Below are positions 9,663-19,347 of a stretch of 64,000 nt of DNA, piece by piece. The stretch is taken from contig CP066682.1 in the NCBI GenBank assembly GCA_016432285.1, positions 352,933-416,932 on the forward strand. The letters are read 5' to 3'. The DNA is from Candidatus Kaiserbacteria bacterium. Its GTDB lineage: Bacteria; Patescibacteriota; Minisyncoccia; Phycocordibacterales; UBA2100. A model generated the notes under the pieces. It searched no databases. It was given only the letters and a program-made list of their open reading frames with translations, and had not been told where the DNA came from. Both the position numbers and the translations under genes were made by a program. Within the stretch, counting starts at the first letter, position 1. Each line of letters begins with the position of its first letter.

Positions 9663-9923
9663 TTAGCTTAGTAAGAGATTAATGAGTGCCGAAAAGGCAA
9701 AGAGGATACCGAGGACGATCGTAGCATAAAAGAGCGTCTTCTCCAACCCGCGGCGCGTGTGGAAGCCAGAAGAGAAGTTGTCGGCGCCAAATGCTCCGCC
9801 GAGCGAAGCGCCGGTGCGTTGCAGCACGATCGCTACAATCAAGAGTACCGAGAGCCCGATCTGTATGTAGGGCAGAACCCCTTGGAGAAAACCCATCGGC
9901 GAGAGGATAGCATACTGCCCCAT
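9663..9923 (-). CDS. secG: preprotein translocase subunit SecG
   Basis: Two-TM SecG signature (IVAIVLQRTGASLGGAFGADNFSSGFHTRRGLEKTLFYATIVLGILF). The ORF-track entry 9663..10157 was trimmed to the internal ATG at 9923. The long upstream extension is Arg/Pro-rich and overlaps the next gene. Confidence 0.7.
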   Translation of the reverse strand: MGQYAILSPMGFLQGVLPYIQIGLSVLLIVAIVLQRTGASLGGAFGADNFSSGFHTRRGLEKTLFYATIVLGILFAFSALINLLLS

Positions 9924-9978
9924 AAAAACAAGTCGCCGCGGCGGGTCCTCAAAAAGAGGTCCAGCCGCGGCGTATTTC

Positions 9979-10452
9979 TCATGCGCGCCGCCACGTGATC
10001 GCCACGACGAAACCCGCAACCGCGAAAACGAGAAGGTATGCGGATGCGTACGGAGCAGAGTTGGCCGTGGTGATCGAGACGGCGTCCCAGAATCCCCGCG
10101 CCTCATTGGTGAAGGCCGCGGTGATCGCCGCATAACCAAAGAACACGACGACCGCAACCCCCGCCGTCATCAGGAACCACGTTACGAAGAACCCGAGGAA
10201 GTGCCGGATCCATGCACCGACGAACAAGGCGAGGAAGGATGTGATGATGATGTACGCGAACGCATCGGCGTCGCTCAGTTCCAGGATCTTCCTCATGTAG
10301 CCCACGCTCACGGCCGTGGCGAAGAGCCACGCGGCAAACAGCACCAGCACCGGTAGGTGCCAAGAGCGAATCCGTGGAGGGGTGAGCATTGCCCCGGTGA
10401 TCATTGCGATGACGATCGGAGCAAGCGGAAAGAGGTAGGCGTAATTCTGCAT
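9979..10452 (-). CDS. hypothetical polytopic membrane protein (about 5 TM helices)
   Basis: Hydrophobic helices occur throughout. It is co-directional with and upstream of secG. No recognisable family. Confidence 0.45.
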   Translation of the reverse strand: MQNYAYLFPLAPIVIAMITGAMLTPPRIRSWHLPVLVLFAAWLFATAVSVGYMRKILELSDADAFAYIIITSFLALFVGAWIRHFLGFFVTWFLMTAGVAVVVFFGYAAITAAFTNEARGFWDAVSITTANSAPYASAYLLVFAVAGFVVAITWRRA

Positions 10453-10630
10453 AGCACCACCATAATTTCGAGCACCGCATTCCCGGCGGCTCGGGTATGT
10501 ACTCAGGGCACTCTGGCATTCGGTGCCCCTTTAGTCAATTTCTTCTTGACCGGGGTGCGCCACTTCATTTATAGTGCCCGCACCTACGGCGAGAGCCGTA
10601 CATCCAAGCAATTTTTAAAAGCGTAACCAT

Positions 10631-10963
10631 TTGGATATGGCAAAAGAAGCGAAGAAGGGCAGCAAGGTAAACATCGAGCCGGTAGGCGACCGGGTGCTTG
10701 TAAGGCGCATGGACGTGGATGAAAAATCGCCGTCCGGCATTATCATTCCCGACACGGCGCAGAAGGAAAAGTCGAAGCGTGGCGTGATCGTCGCGGTCGG
10801 CCCCGGCAAGTACGGCGATGAGGCCGACCTCATCCCCATGACGGTGAAGGCCGGGCAGAAAGTGTTCTTTAATTCCGGCTGGGACAACGAGATCAAGATG
10901 GAAGGCGACGAATCCGAATACTTCCTGATCCACGAAAGCGACATCCTCGCGGTTATCAAATAA
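10631..10963 (+). CDS. groES: co-chaperonin GroES
   Basis: Typical GroES (VGDRVLVRR.D.DEKS.SGIIIPDTAQEK...G.VVAVGPG). It lies immediately upstream of groEL. Confidence 0.9.
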   Translation: MDMAKEAKKGSKVNIEPVGDRVLVRRMDVDEKSPSGIIIPDTAQKEKSKRGVIVAVGPGKYGDEADLIPMTVKAGQKVFFNSGWDNEIKMEGDESEYFLIHESDILAVIK

Positions 10964-10972
10964 GCACACACC

Positions 10973-12619
10973 ATGGCAAAAAAAGTAATTTTTGAACAAG
11001 ACGTCAGAAGCGCCCTCAAGCGCGGCGTTGACATCGTCGCGAATGCGGTGAAAGTAACGATCGGCCCGCGCGGCCGCAACGTCGCCCTCTCCAAATCGTG
11101 GGGAGGCCCGACGATCACCAACGACGGCGTCTCGATCGCGAAAGAGATTTCACTCGAAGACAAATTCGAAGACATGGGCGCCTCGATCGTCAAAGAGGTG
11201 GCCACGAAAACCAACGACAAAGCGGGAGACGGCACGACGACCGCCGTGGTGCTCACGCAAGCGATCGTCCACGAAGGCCTGAAGCGCACCGCGCTCGGCG
11301 CCAACGCCATGATGGTGCGCCGCGGCATCGAAGCGGCCGCCAAAGATGCAGTGGAGGAACTTCGCAAAATGGCGAAACCGGTGAAAGGGAAAAATGAGAT
11401 CAAACAAGTGGCTTCGATCTCCGCCGAATCGGAGGAGCTCGGCAAGACCATCGCCGAGGTCGTCGAGAAAGTAGGCAAAGATGGCGTCGTAACGGTGGAG
11501 GAAGGCCAGACGACCGCAATTGAATACGAATACGTGGAAGGCCTGGAGTTCGACAAGGGATATGTTTCCGCGTACATGATCACCAACGCCGAGCGCATGG
11601 AGGCGGAAGCCAAGGATGCGCCGATTCTCGTTACGGATAAAAAGATTTCGACGGTGAAAGACATCCTGCCGCTTTTGGAAAAAGTGGCGCAGGCCGGCAA
11701 GAAGGAGCTCGTGATCATCGCCGACGACGTGGATGGGGAAGCGCTCACCACGTTTGTCTTGAATAAATTGCGCGGCGGCTTCAACGTGCTCGCCGTGAAG
11801 GCTCCCGGATACGGAGATCGCAAGAAAGAAATGCTCGCCGACATCGCGATCACGGTGGGCGCGCAGGTAGTTTCTGAAGACCTTGGAATCAAACTCGAGA
11901 CAGCGGAGCTCTCGCAGCTCGGCCGCGCGCAGCGCGTGGTGGCCACGAAGGATTCGACGGTGATCGTCGGCGGTAAGGGCAAGAAGTCGGAGATCGAGGC
12001 GCGCGTCGCATCGCTCCGCAAGCTCGCCGAGAGCACCGACTCGAAGTTCGACAAAGAAAAACTCGACGAGCGCGTCGCCAAGCTCTCGGGCGGCGTGGCG
12101 GTGATCCGCGTGGGAGCCGCGACGGAAACTGAAATGAAATATCTCAAAGACAAAATCGAAGACGCGGTGAATGCGACGAAGGCCGCGATCGCCGAAGGCA
12201 TCGTGCCGGGCGGCGGAGCCGCGCTCGCGAAGGTCTCGGAAAAATTGGGCAAGAAGGTGAGCGCGAGCGCGCACGACGAATACACCATCGGCTACCGCAT
12301 TCTGCTTTCTGCGCTCTCCGCACCCTTCCTCCAGATCGCATACAACTCGGGCCGCGAAGACGGCGTCGTGCTTCTGAAGGAAATCGCCCACAAAGGCGGC
12401 AACTTTGGATTCGATGCCTCGAAAGACGCGCGGGAGGCGCACATCGTTGACATGTACGAGGCGGGAATCATCGATCCGGTGAAGGTAACACGAAGCGGTG
12501 TGGAAAACGCTGCTTCCGCTGCGGCCGTGCTCCTCACGACAGAAGCCGCCGTTGCCGACCTGCCGGAAGAGAAGAAGGCCGCGCCGGGCGGTATGCCGGG
12601 GGGGATGGACGAAATGTAA
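10973..12619 (+). CDS. groL: chaperonin GroEL (Cpn60)
   Basis: Full-length Cpn60 with AGDGTTTA, the GGM-rich C-terminus and conserved domains throughout. Confidence 0.95.
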   Translation: MAKKVIFEQDVRSALKRGVDIVANAVKVTIGPRGRNVALSKSWGGPTITNDGVSIAKEISLEDKFEDMGASIVKEVATKTNDKAGDGTTTAVVLTQAIVHEGLKRTALGANAMMVRRGIEAAAKDAVEELRKMAKPVKGKNEIKQVASISAESEELGKTIAEVVEKVGKDGVVTVEEGQTTAIEYEYVEGLEFDKGYVSAYMITNAERMEAEAKDAPILVTDKKISTVKDILPLLEKVAQAGKKELVIIADDVDGEALTTFVLNKLRGGFNVLAVKAPGYGDRKKEMLADIAITVGAQVVSEDLGIKLETAELSQLGRAQRVVATKDSTVIVGGKGKKSEIEARVASLRKLAESTDSKFDKEKLDERVAKLSGGVAVIRVGAATETEMKYLKDKIEDAVNATKAAIAEGIVPGGGAALAKVSEKLGKKVSASAHDEYTIGYRILLSALSAPFLQIAYNSGREDGVVLLKEIAHKGGNFGFDASKDAREAHIVDMYEAGIIDPVKVTRSGVENAASAAAVLLTTEAAVADLPEEKKAAPGGMPGGMDEM

Positions 12620-12679
12620 GGTTTGAAGGGAAAAGTTTTCAACGCGGCCGCCCAGCAGGGCGGCCGCTTCGCGTTATGA

Positions 12680-15600
12680 TTGAAGCACATGGGAACAACG
12701 ACCCGTGGAATTTTCAGTGTTGCGTTTTTCCTGATTTTCTACGCCTTTTTTCTTGTGCCACCTGCGGTGGCTACAATCGACGACTCCGCCGATCGAACGT
12801 GCGTGCCATTTCTTGCTGTATGCGGATGTGGTGAGACGTTGCAAAACAATACGTGCGTGAAGGTAACTTCCGAAAACACCGGTCTTAAGTCCAACGGTGT
12901 CAACATGAACGGATGCAAGTGCCAGAGCACGGAAAAACCGGCGGGTGGCACTTGCAGAGCGGTACGGGATTGCAAAGGAGAATGGTACGAGCAAAACGGC
13001 AAACGGGTCAACATCGATCCGAACGCCGAGAAGAATTTCGCGGATCTTTTGAAAGGACTTCCAAATCAACCTCCGAGCGGAGGTTCGGGACAGCAAGGGG
13101 GCGCTACACCTGATCTCTCGCCGCCGCAGCAAGCACCTTCGGAAACGAGCGATCATCAGGATTCAGAAAGCATTCAATCAGCGTTTGATCCTCTAACAGG
13201 GCAACCAATCGATCAGGGGAAGTCCGGCGATCAAAAGAATTGGGGCGAACTTCTTTCGGAGGACGAGTGGAATGATTTGGTAAAGCAAGATCAAAATCTG
13301 AGCAATCAATATCCGCCACCGACGCTGGACGAGGCGACACGGCTGCAACCAGGCTCGCCGGATACGCCATTTGATGTAGCGAAAATTGATCCGATCACGG
13401 GAGAGCCGACATACAGTGGTTTTCAAAACGGTCCGGTCCCAAACGATGAAACTGCTTCGGGGGATGAACCACGATCCGAACCGTCGTGGATGGATTCGGT
13501 CCGTGACTATGCCGGGAAAGCGTGGGACGCGATCAAGAATGAATTCGGCGGTGAGGCGGAGGCGGGTCAGGGATGCCCGAAATACAATTGTTGGGGCATC
13601 AAAAACGGCGGCAGCGGATATCAAAAATTCGGATCGGAAGAGGCCGCAGCCACACGATATCTTTCGAACTGGAAGGACTATGTCGACAAGGGATACAACA
13701 CTGTCGACAAGTATCTCAACCGATGGGTTGCCCCGAAGGAAGCCGGGACGGATCCCGAATACTATGGCCAGTATGTAAACGGAGTAAAACAAGCGATTGG
13801 CGGAAATCAGCTTGAGGCGGGCAACGCGGAGCAGGCGATCTCGATGATGAAAGCGCAAGCCCTCTACGAGCAGGGGGTCTCGGGCAGGAGCTTTCCGATC
13901 TCGGATCAGGCGATCGAGGCGGCTGCGCAACGAGTATTCGGATCGAGCTATTCCCGGGGGCCGGTGGAAGATATCGGCCCGGGAGCGGGAAGGAGTTTTG
14001 CCGCCGAGAGCTACGGCGACACGGATCGCTTTGCGCCGACGGAGGCACCCGCATGGGTGGCATCGACTCCCGGATCGACACCAGCTGATCTCGGTCTGCA
14101 ATCTGGGGTCTCTCCGTTTGGGTGGGGCAACAATTTCGACTCATACGGAGAGCCGTCCGATTCGCTCGTCGCGCAAACCGGTCCGGAAGAAACGTACGTA
14201 CCAAACGAGATCGCAAGCGGCGCGTTCGACATCGGTCCGCAGGATGTGCCGCCGCCTGTCCTCACAGACGCGCAAATCGGGGGAGGGTACAACGACCCGG
14301 ATTTCGACCCGTTCGGCGATTTCAATACGCCGGTAAACGAGCCCGCGACAGCGGACGCCGGGGATCAACAGCGCAACGAAGTCGATATTGCCGCCAACGA
14401 CGCCGAACGACAGGCGGAAATTGAGAGAGCACGAAACGAAGTCGACATCGCGGCCAACGATGCGGAGCGGCAGACGGAATTGGCTCGTGCCGAGGAGCGG
14501 CGCAACGAAGTCGATATTGCCGCCAGCGACGACGAGCGACGCCCGCTCCAGCCGAATCGCCAAGCGATCGAGCAGGCGCAGCGGGAGTATGTGGACGACT
14601 ACTTAAAGGAGTACGAGCAACGCCGTGAAGCGCAGCAACAGGCTGTAGCCAATGCGCAGAAGCAGAAGGCGCTCGACACCTTGAACGCGGCCGCGGCCGA
14701 TGTGAAAGATCGTGCCAATTCGATCGCGCAGACGGTCCGCGATCCGCAAAATCTCGACGTCAAGGATCTCGCCGCCGACGTGAAGAGCGCCCCCACCGAG
14801 CTCGCGCGTCTTCGCGCCGCCGCGCGCGAGGCGCTCGATAAGGGAGCGATCTCCAAAGAGCAGTACAACAACGTGATACGCGGGTCGGAAACGCTTCAGG
14901 GGATGGTCAGTGAGTACGCGAAGAATGACAAATATTTCAGCGAAGAATATAAAGGCCAGGTGCAAGGCGCTTTGCAGGGCAGGATTGAAACCGGCGAGAC
15001 GCGGGATCAGCTTGCGAAAGCCGGCAGCGCACTCGCGCAGGTAACCGACGTTCCGAAGACGTACACGCCGCCGCCGCGCACGCTCGGCTCAGACGCGAGC
15101 TCCGGCGTGAGCGATGCGGGGTACAGCCAGTCGCAGTCAGAAGGGTTGATCGACGGCGGCGCACTCGACTCGGGCTTCGGCCTCTCCTCGCAGCAGGTGG
15201 CCTCGCTCTACGACCAGCTCGAATTGGACGCGCAGGCGGATCAGCTGGTCGAGAGTGGGGCTCTCGACTCGGGCTTTGGCCTCACGTCGCCCCAGGTCGC
15301 ATCGCTCTACGACCATCTCGACTTGGAGAATAAAGTGGAGGGGATCGACTGGACGTCGGTTTCTTTCCACAGTCCATATACCGACACCGGTCTTTCGGAG
15401 GACATCAACGAGCAGATCCGCCTCGCGGCCGGTCCGCAGGAGTTCGTACCCGAAGAGCCGTTTGTGGAGGCGCGGCCTGATCGGAGCGGCCCGAACGATC
15501 AGGTTGCGATCAACGACGACAATCAAGTATTGCCGCTTGGTCAAAACAAGGAGGAGCTCGATCTTGAGCGGGGAGAATATGCGAAGTGGGACGACATCGT

Positions 15601-16822
15601 CCACTTTGCCGACGCGAAATCGTGGAACGACTTTGGGCAGGATGAGACGGATCGCAATTACCGCACCCCAGGCTTCCCGTCGGCTGCCGGTATCGACAAG
15701 GTCGCCGACGCGATCAGGGATGCCTCGAAAAACGTACTGGACGCATTTCGCAGCTCGGACGTGGAAGATGCGATCAAGAATTACAAAAGCCCCTACGGAG
15801 ACTACTTCGGCAACTACCTACAGTCACCGGATCCGTTCTCTCAAAGCGGCGAAGATCTGACGCGGCAGGTGCTGGCGTCCAACATTCCCGCGTCCGATCG
15901 CTTCACCCCAAGCGGGGAAGCGATTACTGAGGATGTCCTCGGGTCCAACTTCGCGCCGGTCGATTCGTCGGATCGAAGCGGCGAGGCGCTCACGCAAGAT
16001 GCGCTCGATTCCAGTTTCATCCCACCCGATTCGTTCGATCAGAGCGGGGAGGCTCTCACCGAATCCATCTCACTTTACAATCTGGCGGAATCGCAAAAGC
16101 TCATCGACGAAGGCTCGCTCGATTCTGGCTTCGACGGCTTCACCGGGGAGCAGGTAGCCGAAGCCTACCGAGACTACGCGCTGCGGAATACCGATTGGGA
16201 TCGACTCGTCTTGAACGACGACGTGCCGCAGGAAACACCTGAGGCCGATGTTTCCGATATACTGCCCGCGGATCCTTCCCAAATCGTTCCCGTAACGAAA
16301 CTCGCCGCACCAAATCAACTTATACCGAACGTGCCCGAGAAGCCGGCCGACGAGGTCAGTGCCGCCGACAAAACGGACGCGCAGTCTCCCGAAACTTCCG
16401 CCGAGGAAACTCCTGCGCAAAAGCCGCAGCTTCCAGCCGCCTGCTTCGGGCCGTCGGTCGCCGCGTGCAGTAAGGCGCTCGGCAAGGAGTGGAGCGAGAG
16501 CCGCAACGAGATCGCAAAGGATCTCGGAGTGAGCTGTACGCCCGGAAGCGCTTCCTGCAACAGGCAGATCCTAAAAGCGATCGTGGACCAAGGGGGCTTA
16601 CCACCGCCTTTGCCGCAGCCTCGAGATCCGTACTCGCGCGCGGCGCAGAATTATCCGACAGGGGACTCGCTCGTCAATTTCCTGAAAGCGGGAGGACTCC
16701 CGAGCGACTACCTCAGCCGCGCCGATTTCGCGAAGGAGAACGGCATCGACGGCTACAAAGGCACCGCGGCGCAAAACCTCCAGCTCCTCCAGTGTCTCCG
16801 AGACCCTTCCTGCAGGAAATAA
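12680..16822 (+). CDS. very large (1380 aa) secreted/surface protein: signal/TM anchor, N-terminal Cys-rich module, long acidic low-complexity region with several tandem repeat families, and a C-terminal Cys-containing module
   Basis: N-terminal hydrophobic segment (IFSVAFFLIFYAFFLVPPAVA). A Cys-rich segment spans aa 40-110. Tandem repeats include NEVDIAANDAERQxE (x3) and GALDSGFGLxSxQVASLYDxLxL (x2, with a third degenerate copy). The C-terminus has CFGPSVAACS...SCTPGSASC...LQCLRDPSC. Confidence 0.7.
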   Translation: MKHMGTTTRGIFSVAFFLIFYAFFLVPPAVATIDDSADRTCVPFLAVCGCGETLQNNTCVKVTSENTGLKSNGVNMNGCKCQSTEKPAGGTCRAVRDCKGEWYEQNGKRVNIDPNAEKNFADLLKGLPNQPPSGGSGQQGGATPDLSPPQQAPSETSDHQDSESIQSAFDPLTGQPIDQGKSGDQKNWGELLSEDEWNDLVKQDQNLSNQYPPPTLDEATRLQPGSPDTPFDVAKIDPITGEPTYSGFQNGPVPNDETASGDEPRSEPSWMDSVRDYAGKAWDAIKNEFGGEAEAGQGCPKYNCWGIKNGGSGYQKFGSEEAAATRYLSNWKDYVDKGYNTVDKYLNRWVAPKEAGTDPEYYGQYVNGVKQAIGGNQLEAGNAEQAISMMKAQALYEQGVSGRSFPISDQAIEAAAQRVFGSSYSRGPVEDIGPGAGRSFAAESYGDTDRFAPTEAPAWVASTPGSTPADLGLQSGVSPFGWGNNFDSYGEPSDSLVAQTGPEETYVPNEIASGAFDIGPQDVPPPVLTDAQIGGGYNDPDFDPFGDFNTPVNEPATADAGDQQRNEVDIAANDAERQAEIERARNEVDIAANDAERQTELARAEERRNEVDIAASDDERRPLQPNRQAIEQAQREYVDDYLKEYEQRREAQQQAVANAQKQKALDTLNAAAADVKDRANSIAQTVRDPQNLDVKDLAADVKSAPTELARLRAAAREALDKGAISKEQYNNVIRGSETLQGMVSEYAKNDKYFSEEYKGQVQGALQGRIETGETRDQLAKAGSALAQVTDVPKTYTPPPRTLGSDASSGVSDAGYSQSQSEGLIDGGALDSGFGLSSQQVASLYDQLELDAQADQLVESGALDSGFGLTSPQVASLYDHLDLENKVEGIDWTSVSFHSPYTDTGLSEDINEQIRLAAGPQEFVPEEPFVEARPDRSGPNDQVAINDDNQVLPLGQNKEELDLERGEYAKWDDIVHFADAKSWNDFGQDETDRNYRTPGFPSAAGIDKVADAIRDASKNVLDAFRSSDVEDAIKNYKSPYGDYFGNYLQSPDPFSQSGEDLTRQVLASNIPASDRFTPSGEAITEDVLGSNFAPVDSSDRSGEALTQDALDSSFIPPDSFDQSGEALTESISLYNLAESQKLIDEGSLDSGFDGFTGEQVAEAYRDYALRNTDWDRLVLNDDVPQETPEADVSDILPADPSQIVPVTKLAAPNQLIPNVPEKPADEVSAADKTDAQSPETSAEETPAQKPQLPAACFGPSVAACSKALGKEWSESRNEIAKDLGVSCTPGSASCNRQILKAIVDQGGLPPPLPQPRDPYSRAAQNYPTGDSLVNFLKAGGLPSDYLSRADFAKENGIDGYKGTAAQNLQLLQCLRDPSCRK

Positions 16823-16872
16823 GACACTTGGCTTCAAATAGAAAAGGAGAGTCGTTGTGATAGAATGGCGGC

Positions 16873-17430
16873 ATGACAGCCTGGATCGTCGTCGGCATTC
16901 TCGTCCTTGTCGCGCTGTGGCTCGTGTGGGCGTACAACAACTTCGTGCGTCTCACCAACCGCTCCGAAGAGGCGTGGTCGGACATCGACGTGCAGATGAA
17001 GCGCCGTTACGACCTCATCCCGAATCTCGTGGAAACAGTGAAGGGCTACATGACGCACGAGCGGCAGACCTTGGAGAGCGTGACGGAGGCGCGCACGAAG
17101 GCCATGGGAGCGCACAGCGTGGGCGAACACGCGCAGGCGGAAAATATGCTGACGGGTGCTTTGAAAACTTTGTTCGCCGTGGCGGAGAGTTATCCGGATT
17201 TGAAGGCCAACACAAATTTCGTGGAGCTCCAGCGCGAGCTCGCGGACACCGAGAATAAAATCCAGGCCGCCCGCCGTTTCTACAACAGCGTCGTGCAGGA
17301 TCTCCAAAACGCACTCGAGCAATTCCCCGGCAACCTCGTCGGCTCTACCTTCGGCTTCAAGACGCGCGAGTTCTTCCAGCTCGATGCGGGCGAAGAGGCT
17401 GCGCGACAGCCCGTGAAGGTGAGCTTCTAG
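16873..17430 (+). CDS. lemA: LemA family membrane protein
   Basis: N-terminal TM followed by the LemA signature (YNNFVRL...EAWSDIDVQMKRRYDLIPNLVETVKGY..HE..TLE.V..AR). Confidence 0.85.
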   Translation: MTAWIVVGILVLVALWLVWAYNNFVRLTNRSEEAWSDIDVQMKRRYDLIPNLVETVKGYMTHERQTLESVTEARTKAMGAHSVGEHAQAENMLTGALKTLFAVAESYPDLKANTNFVELQRELADTENKIQAARRFYNSVVQDLQNALEQFPGNLVGSTFGFKTREFFQLDAGEEAARQPVKVSF

Positions 17431-18138
17431 CTACCACTTCGCTTTTGAGTAGTCGATGGGCTTCGCGTAGAAGGAGTGTTTGTCTACGTAGCCAACAACG
17501 CGCAACGATTTGAAAAGCTTCTTGGTTTTCTCGCTCATGCGCTCTTCCTTCGGGTCGTGCTCGTTCCAGTCGGTGCGTTTGTAGAAAAGCGCGCTCGTGG
17601 GAACATACGTGATCTTGGAGAGCTCCCGTACGATGTGTGCAGGCTCCTTGCCACGCATAAACGTGCCGAGTATTTCTTGCAGTTTTTTCACAGCCTCCTG
17701 ATCTTCTGGAGAGACGCGCACTTTCTCGTCTCTCGTCCACGAAAACTGGTTTTTGGCAAGGATCACATCGCGCAGCGTGCGGCCAAACTCTCCGGCGGCG
17801 AGCCGCGCGAGTGTTACCTGCACCACCCCAAGCTGTCCCAAGGGGGACTCGCCCTTCGCCTCGTGGTAGACGTTTTCTGAAAGCAGGGTGAGATCCTCTT
17901 TTGAGTAGAGCTCCTGCTGCGCGCGCTCGATTTTTGCACCCTCACGAGCCTGCGCCGGCCCAGCATCGCTCACGGCTGCACCCGCATATACGGTGCCCGC
18001 CGCAAGGAGTGTGCGCAGCACTTTGACAGTTTCTTGAAGCGAAGGACCTTGCCCAGAAGAGGATTCATCTTTCAAAAAATCAGAGACCAATTTTTTTGCA
18101 CCCTCGATGCGCGAGCGGTCGATTCTGTCCATCCCCAT
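17431..18138 (-). CDS. cell-wall hydrolase, SleB/Hydrolase_2-like domain protein
   Basis: YHEAKGESPLGQLGVVQVTLARLAAGEFGRTLRDVILAKNQFS matches the SleB-family catalytic domain. It is convergent with lemA. Confidence 0.55.
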   Translation of the reverse strand: MGMDRIDRSRIEGAKKLVSDFLKDESSSGQGPSLQETVKVLRTLLAAGTVYAGAAVSDAGPAQAREGAKIERAQQELYSKEDLTLLSENVYHEAKGESPLGQLGVVQVTLARLAAGEFGRTLRDVILAKNQFSWTRDEKVRVSPEDQEAVKKLQEILGTFMRGKEPAHIVRELSKITYVPTSALFYKRTDWNEHDPKEERMSEKTKKLFKSLRVVGYVDKHSFYAKPIDYSKAKW

Positions 18139-18197
18139 GCCACAAGTATAGCCTTCATTCTGGATTCTTTCAGTCCGCGAGAGTATGATGACCGGCT

Positions 18198-19097
18198 ATG
18201 GCATCCCTCTACACCGAAAAGAGCAAGAACATCCAAAAGACGTGGCTTTTGATGGGCGTCTTTCTCGTCCTCATCATCGCAATCGGATATTTCGCCGGGT
18301 GGTACCTCAACAACCCTTCTATTGTATACATCGCGGTCGCATTTTCGCTTTTCATGAACGTCGCGGCGTACTGGTTTTCGGACAAAGTCGCGCTTGCCGC
18401 CACTGGCGCCAAGGAAGCTGATCCGAACCAGTTCCGTGAGCTGCATCGCATGCTCGAAAATCTCGCGATCACCGCGGGCCTTCCGAAGCCGCGGCTCTAC
18501 GTGATCGACGATCCGGCACCGAATGCCTTTGCCGCAGGAAGGAATCAGGAGAGGGCGGTCGTGGCCGTCACGACAGGCCTCCTCGGCCAGCTTGAGAAAG
18601 CGGAGCTCGAGGGAGTGATCGCGCACGAGCTCTCACACATCGGCAATCGCGACATTCTCGTGATGACCGCGGCGGTCGTGCTCGCCGGATTTATCGCGAT
18701 CATCGCCGACATATTCCTCCGCATGAGCTTTTTCGGGGGAGGAGGGGATCGCGACAACCGCAATCCCTTGTTCGCGATTCTTGGTATCGTGGCCATCATC
18801 GTGGCCCCGATCGCGGCGCAGCTCATACAGCTCGCCGTCTCGCGCCGCCGCGAATTTTTGGCCGACGCCTCGGGCGCGCTCCTCACGCGCTACCCCGACG
18901 GGCTCGCATCGGCCTTGAAAAAGATCGCGAGCTACCAGGCACCGATGAAAAGGGCCAACCACGCCACCGCGCACCTCTTTATTTCGAATCCCTTCGGCGC
19001 GCACGAGGCCGGTCGCTTTATCGCCAAGATCTTCAGCACCCACCCGCCGGTGGAGGAGCGCGTGGCGGCCCTCGTGGGGTTGCGCGGGCAGATCTAG
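18198..19097 (+). CDS. htpX: zinc metalloprotease HtpX (peptidase M48)
   Basis: HELSHIGNRD (HExxH), four TM segments and M48 topology. It lies near lemA, a common association. Confidence 0.9.
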   Translation: MASLYTEKSKNIQKTWLLMGVFLVLIIAIGYFAGWYLNNPSIVYIAVAFSLFMNVAAYWFSDKVALAATGAKEADPNQFRELHRMLENLAITAGLPKPRLYVIDDPAPNAFAAGRNQERAVVAVTTGLLGQLEKAELEGVIAHELSHIGNRDILVMTAAVVLAGFIAIIADIFLRMSFFGGGGDRDNRNPLFAILGIVAIIVAPIAAQLIQLAVSRRREFLADASGALLTRYPDGLASALKKIASYQAPMKRANHATAHLFISNPFGAHEAGRFIAKIFSTHPPVEERVAALVGLRGQI

Positions 19098-19100
19098 CGG

Positions 19101-19106
19101 TATACT
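19101..19106 (+). promoter_or_regulatory. TATACT -10-like box (cggTATACT) heading a short transcription unit
   Basis: Same extended -10 consensus as upstream of rnpB and the tRNAs. It is followed 28 nt later by GGGAGG and an ATG. Confidence 0.4.
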
Positions 19107-19133
19107 GAAAACGGTCATACGTGGGAGGTCAAG

Positions 19134-19337
19134 ATGACCGAAATCGTTGATGCGAAGAAGTTCTTCGAGCGGAAGTGGCTTTTTAATGAGAGGCGGAGAG
19201 CGCAGAACCGTGCTCCCCGGATGCAGGAAGATGCGCAGCGCATCCAATTCCCTTTATCGCAAACGCCCGAGCAGCGGCGGCGTAGCAATGAAAGGAGTGT
19301 TCGGGAAGTGCAAGCGCGGATCGTTCAGGATCAGTGA
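19134..19337 (+). CDS. small (67 aa) highly basic Arg/Gln-rich ORF, function unknown
   Basis: A good SD (GGGAGG) lies 6 nt upstream of the ATG. GC3 is consistent with coding. No homolog recognised. Confidence 0.3.
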   Translation: MTEIVDAKKFFERKWLFNERRRAQNRAPRMQEDAQRIQFPLSQTPEQRRRSNERSVREVQARIVQDQ

Positions 19338-19347
19338 GGAGTGTGTG

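Noticed and set aside
9924-10157. N-terminal extension of the secG ORF-track entry (9663..10157)
   Set aside because: The extension is Arg/Pro/Ser-rich and overlaps the upstream membrane-protein gene. SecG homology begins at the internal Met, so the start was trimmed to 9923.
10615-12288. 557-aa minus-strand ORF and 430-aa ORF 11150..12442 opposite groEL
   Set aside because: Antisense to groEL. Ser/Thr/Ala low-complexity translation.
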